A DNA stretch of 64,000 bases from Dehalococcoidia bacterium (GTDB lineage: Bacteria > Chloroflexota > Dehalococcoidia > Lucifugimonadales > UBA3495). Numbering within the stretch: the first letter of the stretch is position 1; every line of letters starts with the position of its first letter. Position numbers and translations under genes: made by a program. The notes under the pieces were generated by a model, which was not told where the DNA came from, made no database searches, and saw nothing but the letters and a program-made list of their open reading frames with translations. Location: contig CBDCMJ010000001.1 of assembly GCA_965218875.1 (NCBI GenBank), forward strand, positions 2,840 to 66,839. Reading direction: 5' to 3'. Below, one piece after another: positions 9,279 to 16,659 of this stretch.

Positions 9279-9423
9279 AACCAATACCAAGGTGGGATGT
9301 GCATTTCGGGATCTTGAATACGACCGAAAGGACTCCACGGCTCCTCATATCACCTTCAGCCCCAACTGGGTCGCCACCGACAGTGTGGTCTAGCAATATG
9401 TACATTTCACCTTGGCTTTAGTT
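9279..9423 (+). mobile_element. Non-autonomous MITE derived from the IS630 element at 1676-2911, flanked by TA
   Basis: Ends AACCAATACCAAGGTGGGATGTGCATTT and ACATTTCACCTTGGCTTTAGTT match the IS630 inverted repeats. TA is present at 9277-9278 and 9424-9425. It is about 145 bp with no transposase. Confidence 0.8.
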
Positions 9424-9993
9424 TAGGTTTGAAGGTATCCGGCATCTCCGACGTGTCTCTTATCCGGGGTGTAAGGGCTCCAAGCAAGCGGACTCCTTGG
9501 CTCTCGCTGCTCCGGAAGCCGCCTTTCCATAATGCAGTCCCCGGCTAGGGAAGTTCGGCCACATCCGACCGGCTGCTGCCCACATCCCAGCTCAAAAACC
9601 GGGAGGGCATGGTTGACGTGGACGCCGCAGTTACCGGCTAGCCAGCCAACGCACACCTTATAGACCGCTTATAGACCGCCCCAGACGCCTATGGAAGACC
9701 CTAGCCGACCCAGGGGCTCGTAACGTCGGACAAGGGGAATCTCCTCCCTTTCGTGGGAGCTTCGTAGCCTGTGGTCGCCACCGTATACCTGCAATCCTGG
9801 TGCCCGGACAAATGGAACTGACACGCCCGACGCGTTGGACCCGCCAGGCACTGTCAGCAGATTTTCGCCAAACCTGGATGCCCGAGAGCATTATCACCTG
9901 GCAACGGTTTTTCCTATCTTCTTGAACCGCAACGGCCTAGGCAGAAGCCTTCCTCTAAGCTATGACTTTTCCCTATGCGCAAGGGAAATGCCC

Positions 9994-10022
9994 TTGCTAC
10001 ACCGCCGGAGCATTGATATAAT
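9994..10022 (+). promoter_or_regulatory. Sigma70-type promoter for tRNA-Ile
   Basis: TTGCTA (9994-9999), a 17-bp spacer, then TATAAT (10017-10022). It lies about 17 nt upstream of the tRNA 5' end. Confidence 0.6.
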
Positions 10023-10038
10023 CAACCGCGTCATGCTT

Positions 10039-10115
10039 GGGCCTGTAGCTCAGGTGGTTAGAGCGCGGTCCTGATAAGACCGAGGTCGTTGGTTCGAGTC
10101 CATCCAGGCCCACCA
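10039..10115 (+). tRNA. tRNA-Ile (anticodon GAT), CCA encoded
   Basis: Hand-folded cloverleaf. Acceptor GGGCCTG/CAGGCCC, D stem GCTC/GAGC, anticodon stem CGGTC/GACCG with loop CTGATAA, T arm GTTGG-TTCGAGT-CCATC. The T stem has one U.U mismatch. Confidence 0.9.
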
Positions 10116-11692
10116 TGCGTTACTGTAGACAGAACCGGGGCGCTCAGGGCGATTTCCTGAGCGTCCCTGCCTTTTATCGGGCTGTCCTTCGGTGTGGGAA
10201 TGGTGTAGCGGATGGTGGCTTTGCCGGGGACCACGCCGATCTCCTTGACGAATGACCGGATGAAGGCCCTGGTCTCGGTCAACTCGCTCTCCATCAGGAA
10301 GTTGCTCATCTCCTTCACGTAGGCGGCGATAGTCTCCTCGTCGCCCAATCCCTGCATCCGCACGGCCAGGATGGCCCTTGCTTCATCGGCGGCAATCTCC
10401 AGCCTCTCCTGCCGTTCCTTATGCTCCCGGATGCGGGGCAGGATGTCATTGATCTCCAGGTCGGTGGTCTCCACCGCCTGCCAAAGCCGGTCCAACCGCC
10501 GGCGTATCTCGTTCAGCTCCTCATCAACGGCCTCCGCCTTCTCCCGCTGCTCCTTGATCACGCTGTCCAGTTCTTCGTTGACCAGCTTGACCAGTTCCCG
10601 GATGTTGCTCTCGGTGAGGATGTTCTCCCGTATCGAGTCGATGATCATCCGCTCGAACCGCTTGGAGTTGAGCCTGGGAGTGTCGCAGGCACCCTGCCCC
10701 CGCTTCAGGAGGGAGTGGCAGACGTAGTAGGTGAACTGGCCGCTCTTGGCCTCGTGGGCGGTGAGGGCCTTGTCACAGGTCTCGCACCTGACTATTCCGC
10801 TGAGCAGGTAGGGGCTGGCGGCGCGGCGGGGATGTATCTTGGCCGGGGCTTTGGAGCCAAGGATGGCGGACACCCGCTCGAATTCGTCTCGTGAGACGAT
10901 GGCGGGGAAAGCGTTGTCCACCCGCACCGGCGGCACGTTATCCTTGGCGCGGCTGCCCCATATCAACGTTCCGGTGTAGGTCTCGTTGGTGAGAATCCGG
11001 TGGATGGTGGTCTTGGTCCAGCGGCTCCCCTGGGGGCTGGCGATGCCCTCCCTGTTCAGGGTCTTGGTGATGTCCAGGGTGCTGGTCCCGAGAAGGGCCA
11101 TCTGGAAGATGCGGCGCACCACGCCGTCGGCGGGCGGATCAAGCTCCAGCTTGGGGCGCTTCTTGGCTCCGTCCTGAACCGGCACCTTCCGGTAGCCGTA
11201 GGGGGAATAGGTGGAAATCCAGAAGCCACGGGAGGCGGCCTCCCGCATTCCCCGCAAAACCTCCTGGGCAAGATTTTCCGAGTAAAATTCGTCCAGGCTC
11301 TCGATGATGGCCTCCATCAGCTTGCCGGTGGGGGAGTCGTCGGCGTGCTCGGTGATGGAGGTTACCCTGATGCCCCGCTTGCGGAGCATGGACTTGAAGG
11401 CCACGGCGTGCTCCCGCTTGCGGGTGAAGCGCGAGAATTTCCAGACAAGGATTTCCTGGAAAGGGGAGTCGGACAGACTGGCCTCGTCCAGCATCCGGCG
11501 GAACTGGGGCCGGTCTGCGATGCGGCCGCTCTCGGCCTCGTCGATGTACTCGCGGGCGACTACATAGCCGTTCTTTTCGGCGTAGTCCCGGAGCGCCCGA
11601 AGCTGGGCGGCGACGGAGAGGTCCACGTCCTGGCGGTCGCTGGAAACCCGGGCGTACAGGGCAGCCGGGGTCAGGTCATATCGTTCATTCAT
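10058..11692 (-). CDS. Large serine recombinase (ICE integrase); 3' end overlaps tRNA-Ile
   Basis: N-terminal resolvase catalytic domain (ALYARVSSDRQD..), recombinase domain, zinc-ribbon cysteines (CETC..C..C) and a coiled-coil. The last 19 codons (..GGPGWTRTNDLGLIRTAL*) are the reverse complement of the tRNA 3' half. Confidence 0.9.
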   Translation of the reverse strand: MNERYDLTPAALYARVSSDRQDVDLSVAAQLRALRDYAEKNGYVVAREYIDEAESGRIADRPQFRRMLDEASLSDSPFQEILVWKFSRFTRKREHAVAFKSMLRKRGIRVTSITEHADDSPTGKLMEAIIESLDEFYSENLAQEVLRGMREAASRGFWISTYSPYGYRKVPVQDGAKKRPKLELDPPADGVVRRIFQMALLGTSTLDITKTLNREGIASPQGSRWTKTTIHRILTNETYTGTLIWGSRAKDNVPPVRVDNAFPAIVSRDEFERVSAILGSKAPAKIHPRRAASPYLLSGIVRCETCDKALTAHEAKSGQFTYYVCHSLLKRGQGACDTPRLNSKRFERMIIDSIRENILTESNIRELVKLVNEELDSVIKEQREKAEAVDEELNEIRRRLDRLWQAVETTDLEINDILPRIREHKERQERLEIAADEARAILAVRMQGLGDEETIAAYVKEMSNFLMESELTETRAFIRSFVKEIGVVPGKATIRYTIPTPKDSPIKGRDAQEIALSAPVLSTVTHGGPGWTRTNDLGLIRTAL

Positions 11693-11912
11693 TAGCTCCT
11701 CCTTCGGTCACTTCCTGGGTTGTATGGCGGGAGCGCAGCCGTTCCAGTCGTTCCCGCCGGCGCAACTCCCTTTCTTCCATGTACAGGCGGAGAGCCTCCC
11801 GCACCAGCTCGCTCATGTTGCGGCCCTCCTCGCGCATCACGGCCTGAACCTGCTCCGCCATTTCGGGCGGCAGGGAGAACGTGATGGTCCTGGAAATCCT
11901 GCGTGGGGGCAT
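11685..11912 (-). CDS. Ribbon-helix-helix (CopG-like) protein
   Basis: TITFSLPPEMAEQVQAVMREEGRNMSELVREALRLYM is a typical RHH fold signature. It overlaps the recombinase start. Confidence 0.7.
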   Translation of the reverse strand: MPPRRISRTITFSLPPEMAEQVQAVMREEGRNMSELVREALRLYMEERELRRRERLERLRSRHTTQEVTEGGANE

Positions 11913-11982
11913 CGTCTCTCTTTTTGCTTGAGTGTGTATTAGGTTGTCTTACTATCCATCATCGGACTTCCGGCCTTCTCTG

Positions 11983-12921
11983 TCAAGAAGCCGCCGTCGC
12001 CAGGCGCCTGCGGGCGTGAGGGTTCCGACAATGCCAATCAGCTCTGCCGAGCTGCGGGGCCAGCACTGCCCGGTCGCCGTAGGGCACGGCGACGACCCCC
12101 ACCTTGGCCACCCGCCCCTTCCACAATACGGGCTTGGCGGCTATGGCGATACCGTCCTCCTCGGCGTACTCCGGCCTTCCGCTCCGGACCGCCTGCTCGG
12201 CCAGGGAGCCGGAGGGCAAGTCCTTGCCGGGACGGGGAACGCCGCTCCGCCAACCGCAGAACAGGGGGGAACCCGGTGGACCAAAACCCGCCGTCCGTTT
12301 CACCACCGCGGCCCTGAATGACTCCGGATTGACCGGGTCGGGCCAGCCCGACGGGTCTCCCTTATCTTTGCACTCGTACAGCAGCGCAACCAGGGGCTGC
12401 CGGCGCATCACCTCGGCCAGACGCATCGCAACCGAGGCGTAGGAGCACTGGAACACCCCCTGGAGGACCACCACGTCCAGCCCACTGACCAGGGCGTAGG
12501 CGGTGAACGTGTCTCGCGGCATCAACACCGCCGCCGCGAAACGGTCGGCCTCCCGGCACACGCGGCGCTCCGGCGGGTCATCGGAGTACAGGGCGAACAG
12601 GGTCTCGTGAATGATCTCGTAAGCCTCATGGAGCACGGTGTGGGCCTTGGCCCCTTCCCACAGGTCCTCCCGGTAGTAGATGTCGTACTGGCCCCTGGGG
12701 GCCCCGAAGTGGACCCCCTTCAACCCGTCCAGGGGTCTGCCCGACACGGTGCCGAAACCGGCGTCCCGTAGCAGGACGGCCAGTTCCACGACGGTGGGGC
12801 GAGCGGAAAGGTGAAAGAATTCTGTGAAAGCGGCGGCCAGCCGCTCGGGCTCCAGTCTCTCCCGGAACAGTTCGTCGTCCAGCAACTTGTGGCAGAAGTC
12901 GTCCAGGGTCACAGTCATCAC
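11983..12921 (-). CDS. ImmA/IrrE-family (COG2856-like) domain protein with a non-canonical metal motif
   Basis: HTVLHEAYEIIHE..EREADRFAAAVLMP parallels the ImmA pattern HELGH..EANxFAxxLLMP, but the second His is replaced (HEAYE..H). It is translationally coupled to the upstream XRE gene. Confidence 0.6.
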   Translation of the reverse strand: MMTVTLDDFCHKLLDDELFRERLEPERLAAAFTEFFHLSARPTVVELAVLLRDAGFGTVSGRPLDGLKGVHFGAPRGQYDIYYREDLWEGAKAHTVLHEAYEIIHETLFALYSDDPPERRVCREADRFAAAVLMPRDTFTAYALVSGLDVVVLQGVFQCSYASVAMRLAEVMRRQPLVALLYECKDKGDPSGWPDPVNPESFRAAVVKRTAGFGPPGSPLFCGWRSGVPRPGKDLPSGSLAEQAVRSGRPEYAEEDGIAIAAKPVLWKGRVAKVGVVAVPYGDRAVLAPQLGRADWHCRNPHARRRLATAAS

Positions 12922-13325
12922 TCCAGCAGCGTTTTGTTGGTGAAACGCTCGTACATCTCCACGATGAACCGCTTGGCGTTGAGAGACAGGGGACCGTCGG
13001 GCCGGGTGCCCACCCGGAAGGCGGGGTCGGACAGCACGTACTGGTAGGCCCGTTCCACCTCCAGGGCCTCGTCGGAGTGGAGGCCCGACTGGCCCAGGTG
13101 CCCGGCCTGCCGGATCAAATCCTCGGCGTCCACGTTGTAGGCGAAGGCCAGTTTGCGCAGCAGGTTGGCGCCGGGCGGGCGCTCTCCCCTTTCGATCTTG
13201 GAGAGATAGGAACTGGACACCCCGGTAAGCCGGTTCACGTCCCGCAGGCTGAGGCCGCCCCTGAGACGCCGCAGCAACGGCCCCAGGTTCTCACCCCGTT
13301 GCTGTTGTTCGTCAAGCTCTTCCAT
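12918..13325 (-). CDS. XRE-family HTH repressor-like protein
   Basis: LRRLRGGLSLRDVNRLTGVSSSYLSKIERGERPP is an XRE HTH. The gene order XRE-ImmA-RHH-integrase is typical of ICE and prophage control modules. Confidence 0.8.
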   Translation of the reverse strand: MEELDEQQQRGENLGPLLRRLRGGLSLRDVNRLTGVSSSYLSKIERGERPPGANLLRKLAFAYNVDAEDLIRQAGHLGQSGLHSDEALEVERAYQYVLSDPAFRVGTRPDGPLSLNAKRFIVEMYERFTNKTLLE

Positions 13326-13601
13326 GACTCACCCCCATCCCCGCGAAAGCTGCCTTATCGCTCCGCGCCCCTGCCGGTAACATTCCTGCTCCATTATAGC
13401 TTCTTTGTTGCTACATTATGGCTACAAATGAGCAAGCACTTTGGTTACTGCTTGCTGTATAGACGCCTTTTCCATTGATGAGCACGACTGCTGATTGCTA
13501 CACTTCCTTCGTCAGAACAACTGTCCTACTGGCAGAGTATACAACCAGGCGCGGCGAAGCGCCACCGGCGGCAAACGCCGGGTTTTCGGAAGGTCCATCT
13601 T
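13326..13601. promoter_or_regulatory. Divergent control region (AT-rich) between the two XRE operons
   Basis: GCTACA recurs at 13410, 13421 and 13497. An inverted repeat AGCAAGCA/TGCTTGCT lies at 13431-13456. On the minus strand, TATAAT lies at 13393-13398. On the plus strand, TTGATG (13475) is followed by 18 nt and then TACACT (13499). Confidence 0.45.
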
Positions 13602-13802
13602 TTGAGCAAGAAGCAACGGCTCACCCCGGAACAGAACGAGATAAGGCTGCGGGGCTTGCGCATCCTGGCCCGCATGATCGCCCGCGCCCACCTGGACGCC
13701 GCGGCGGAGGCTGCGGCGGAGAGGCAGGGTGAGGAATCGGACGGCGCTGATGTTCCCGGCCAGGGGGACGGCCCGCACAAGGACGGCGAGTATGTCGGGT
13801 AA
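13602..13802 (+). CDS. Small hypothetical protein (TTG start), first gene of the rightward operon
   Basis: LTPEQNEIRLRGLRILARMIARAHL is a helical segment. The stop overlaps the ATG of the next gene. Confidence 0.35.
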   Translation: MSKKQRLTPEQNEIRLRGLRILARMIARAHLDAAAEAAAERQGEESDGADVPGQGDGPHKDGEYVG

Positions 13803-14034
13803 GAGACCCCTGGTGAGGGCGCGGTTGAACGCCGTGGCGTTCTGGGACCTGCTCCACCGGCTGAACATGACCAAGAACGAACTGGCCGACCTGACCGGGC
13901 TGGCCACCGGCTACCTGTCCCAGCTCCTCAACGGGAAACGCTATCCCTCCGCTGCCACGCGGCGGCGTTTGCAGGATGCGCTGGGCGTCGGTTTCGACGA
14001 TCTGTTCATCATGGAAGAATGCGATGGGGAATAG
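13792..14034 (+). CDS. XRE-family HTH protein
   Basis: MTKNELADLTGLATGYLSQLLNGKRYPSAATRRRLQDAL. It is homologous to 51906-52160 in ICE copy B. Confidence 0.75.
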   Translation: MSGKRPLVRARLNAVAFWDLLHRLNMTKNELADLTGLATGYLSQLLNGKRYPSAATRRRLQDALGVGFDDLFIMEECDGE

Positions 14035-14335
14035 AAGACCCGTGCCGCCCCAGCTGTTCTTCGGCGCTTCGCTTTTGCCCGAGGACTTCCCGGCGCGGCT
14101 GGACCGGCTGAAGGCGGCCAGCGGCCTCTCCTGGGACGGCATGGCGGCCTGCCTCGGGGTGGACCCACGGCAGTTGCAGCGCTGGCGGCACGACACCGCG
14201 CCCTGCGGGGACGCCTTGTTCGGCATCTTCCGCCTGGGGGCCAGGGTACCGGGCGGCTTGTACCTGCTGCTGCCCGACGACCTGTCCCCGCTTGGGAAGA
14301 GCGGCGGCGTCCAGGGGCGACTGGAAGATCTCTAA
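14024..14335 (+). CDS. HTH paralog 1 (PEDFPxRL..GLSW..WR family)
   Basis: LPEDFPARLDRLKAASGLSWDGMAACLGVDPRQLQRWRHDTAP..LGARVPGG. It shares its pattern with the next two ORFs. Confidence 0.6.
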   Translation: MGNRRPVPPQLFFGASLLPEDFPARLDRLKAASGLSWDGMAACLGVDPRQLQRWRHDTAPCGDALFGIFRLGARVPGGLYLLLPDDLSPLGKSGGVQGRLEDL

Positions 14336-14369
14336 ACCAAATCTCAAATACCAAGGAGGAAACGTGGTC

Positions 14370-14645
14370 ATGGAAGCATCAGTATCGAAGCGACGGAACA
14401 ACGGGGTGGACCTGCCGGAGGACTTCCCGGAGCGGTTGGAGAAATTCCGTGAGGTGTCCGGCCTGTCCTGGGGGGAGTTGGCGGGGTGCCTCAGGGTGGA
14501 CCACGAGCGGGTGAAGAGCTTGCGGAGGGGCGCACTGCCCGGGGACTCGATGATGCCGAACCTCATGCAGCTTGCCCAGCGGGTGCCTGGCGGAATGGAG
14601 GCCCTGTTCCCCAACGTGGTGAATACTCTCGGAACCGGGGAGTAG
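14370..14645 (+). CDS. HTH paralog 2
   Basis: An AAGGAGGAAA ribosome-binding site is present. LPEDFPERLEKFREVSGLSWGELAGCLRVDHERVKSLRRGALP..LAQRVPGG. Confidence 0.65.
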   Translation: MEASVSKRRNNGVDLPEDFPERLEKFREVSGLSWGELAGCLRVDHERVKSLRRGALPGDSMMPNLMQLAQRVPGGMEALFPNVVNTLGTGE

Positions 14646-14649
14646 GGCA

Positions 14650-14967
14650 TTGGGTCGCCAGCGGCGAATACACCAGCCGGTGTACTACGAATTTCCCGAG
14701 GACTTCCCCCAAAGGCTGGAGCGGTTCAGGGAAGAGACCGGGCTGACCTGGAATGCCCTGGCCCGCCGCCTCGGCGTCAACCCCCACCGGCTGAGGCAGT
14801 GGAGGAAAGGGACCGTCCCCGACTCCACCAACCTATTCATCCTCCTGACCCTGGCCGAAAGGCTGGGGCTCAGGGGGATTTTGATGTGGCCTGAAGTGGA
14901 TATGCCGGGAGGAGGGGTTGCACGGGACGCTCCTCCTCCTGGGCAGCAACCTCTGCCCCCGGTTTAG
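14650..14967 (+). CDS. HTH paralog 3 (TTG start)
   Basis: FPEDFPQRLERFREETGLTWNALARRLGVNPHRLRQWRKGTVP..LAERLG. Confidence 0.6.
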   Translation: MGRQRRIHQPVYYEFPEDFPQRLERFREETGLTWNALARRLGVNPHRLRQWRKGTVPDSTNLFILLTLAERLGLRGILMWPEVDMPGGGVARDAPPPGQQPLPPV

Positions 14968-15018
14968 GAGCGGGACTCCCGCCCAGCTGCCTGTCCAGTT
15001 TCCCGGTCCCGCCTCGCA

Positions 15019-16659
15019 TCAGGGAGTTTTTGCTTCCTGCCCTGCGGAAGTGGTCCAGACCTTTCCCAACGGCCCCAGCCTCTCAAGCGACGCCCTGCTG
15101 GACACCAGCAGCGGAACGTCAACTCTGGTCCGCTCCATCTCCTCCCGTGCCAACCGCTGAAAGTGGCTCGCGGCCAGGTCGTCGTCGAATACCAGCAGGA
15201 CAACGGGCTGCGAACCATGGTCGTCGGTGGGCCGGTGGGTTGAATAGTAGCGCAGGTAGGGAGCCAGGCGCGCCGCCATCGTGGTCGGCCGCACCGCCCG
15301 GCGCTCCCATTCCAGGAAGAAGCTCCAGGCGGCGCCGCCCCGCCGCAACACGCCGAAGGCGTCGGGGTGAATCGCCCGCAGCCGGTCGCCGTGCCGGAAG
15401 TGCCTTGATGCCCTATGGGGAGGGTCCAGTTGGAGGATCCCCCAGCCCAAGGAGCGGGCCTGCTCGGCCAGGGCGGCCATGAAACCGTGGACGGCGGCGG
15501 TGTGCTCGATGTTCCGTAGGAGCTGGCGGCTGCGCCTGCCCGAGACGTTGCGCCAGTCCAACGGTTTCCGGAGATCGTTGAGTGCGGCGCTCCAACGTTT
15601 CCTGGCCACGCCTACGGAGGCCCGGTCCCGGCGGGCCAGCAACGCCAGCCCCCGGTCAGTCAAAACCAACCTTTGGCCTTTGCAGGAGACCCGCTCAACC
15701 AGCCCGGCGTCAGCTACGGGCAACAGGACCTGGGACAGCCGCCCCTGGGAGACGCCCATCAACAACCGGAGGTGCCGCGGGGCAATCCAGGGCCAGTCGG
15801 AAACCAGGTCCAACGCCAGTTTCCCGGCGGGTCTCAGCAGGGCGGGCAACAGCCATTCCGGGGCGTTCTTATCGGTAAAGTCCGTACCGATGTCGCGGGG
15901 AAGAATCACCCGTAACGTCGGCTGCTCCGCTGGCAGCCCGCCACCCCCTTCCACGTGGCCCAAGGCCGCCTTCAGGTCCAAGTCGGCGTTGATTGAGGGA
16001 AGCCGCCAGATTGGACTGTCGGGGCTGCTCCAGGCCGCGTCCCGCTCCAGGGCCAGCAGAACCGGAAAGGGCACAACGGCCGCCAGGCGGCGGGCGTGCC
16101 GCAACCTGGTCTCGTCGGGCAACAGCAGTAGCACACCGCCGGGCGGCGGCCCCTCCCTGAGCCGCCAGATGCGCTTGGCGAAGCCGGTGCGGTCGGCGGT
16201 GAGTCCCTGCCTGATCAAGCCTATGGTGCGGCCGTCATTGAGCACGATACCGGCGTCCAGGGGCAGGCCCCGGTACCACCGGAACGAAGCGATTCCCTCC
16301 AGGGCGGCAATGGAAGACGTGAGTCGGTAGATCACGGCCACGGCGTCCAGCCGCTCCAAAAGGATGCGCCGCCACCGGGCGGATACCGGGTGGCGGCGCA
16401 AAATCTGTTCCAGGGTAATGCCCTCGACCTCGGCCAGGCGGCGCAACCCGGGGCCGGTGGGGAAGTAGCGGCGCGTCTGCCGCAGCAGGGCGGTGGCGTG
16501 GGGGAGGGACGCGACGAGGCCCTCGCGCTCCAGGGCGGCGACGGCGTTGTAGACCGAGCGGTCGGGTACGCCGGAGACGGCGGCCAGCTCCAGCCGGTCC
16601 AGGAAGGGCATGTCCGCCAGCCGCCGCAGGGTCTCCAGGTGAATCTCTCCGTTGCTCAT
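15019..16659 (-). CDS. Replication-relaxation family protein (wHTH repeats plus Replic_Relax-type C-terminus)
   Basis: C-terminal IHPDAFGVL..FFLEWERRAVRPTTMAARLAPYLRYY..VVLLVF matches the PDa..fvEvDrgT..Kl..Y pattern of replication-relaxation proteins. The N-terminus has MarR-like wHTH segments. Confidence 0.65.
   Translation of the reverse strand: MSNGEIHLETLRRLADMPFLDRLELAAVSGVPDRSVYNAVAALEREGLVASLPHATALLRQTRRYFPTGPGLRRLAEVEGITLEQILRRHPVSARWRRILLERLDAVAVIYRLTSSIAALEGIASFRWYRGLPLDAGIVLNDGRTIGLIRQGLTADRTGFAKRIWRLREGPPPGGVLLLLPDETRLRHARRLAAVVPFPVLLALERDAAWSSPDSPIWRLPSINADLDLKAALGHVEGGGGLPAEQPTLRVILPRDIGTDFTDKNAPEWLLPALLRPAGKLALDLVSDWPWIAPRHLRLLMGVSQGRLSQVLLPVADAGLVERVSCKGQRLVLTDRGLALLARRDRASVGVARKRWSAALNDLRKPLDWRNVSGRRSRQLLRNIEHTAAVHGFMAALAEQARSLGWGILQLDPPHRASRHFRHGDRLRAIHPDAFGVLRRGGAAWSFFLEWERRAVRPTTMAARLAPYLRYYSTHRPTDDHGSQPVVLLVFDDDLAASHFQRLAREEMERTRVDVPLLVSSRASLERLGPLGKVWTTSAGQEAKTP

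Noticed and set aside
9430-9990. The search for a housekeeping ncRNA (SRP, 6S, RNase P or tmRNA-like) in the roughly 560-bp gene-free stretch upstream of tRNA-Ile. It includes a CCGGAAG segment and an 11-nt tandem duplication TTATAGACCGC x2 at about 9658-9680.
   Set aside because: I could not fold any conserved core (for example the SRP domain IV GGAA tetraloop stem). The evidence is insufficient without a covariance-model scan.
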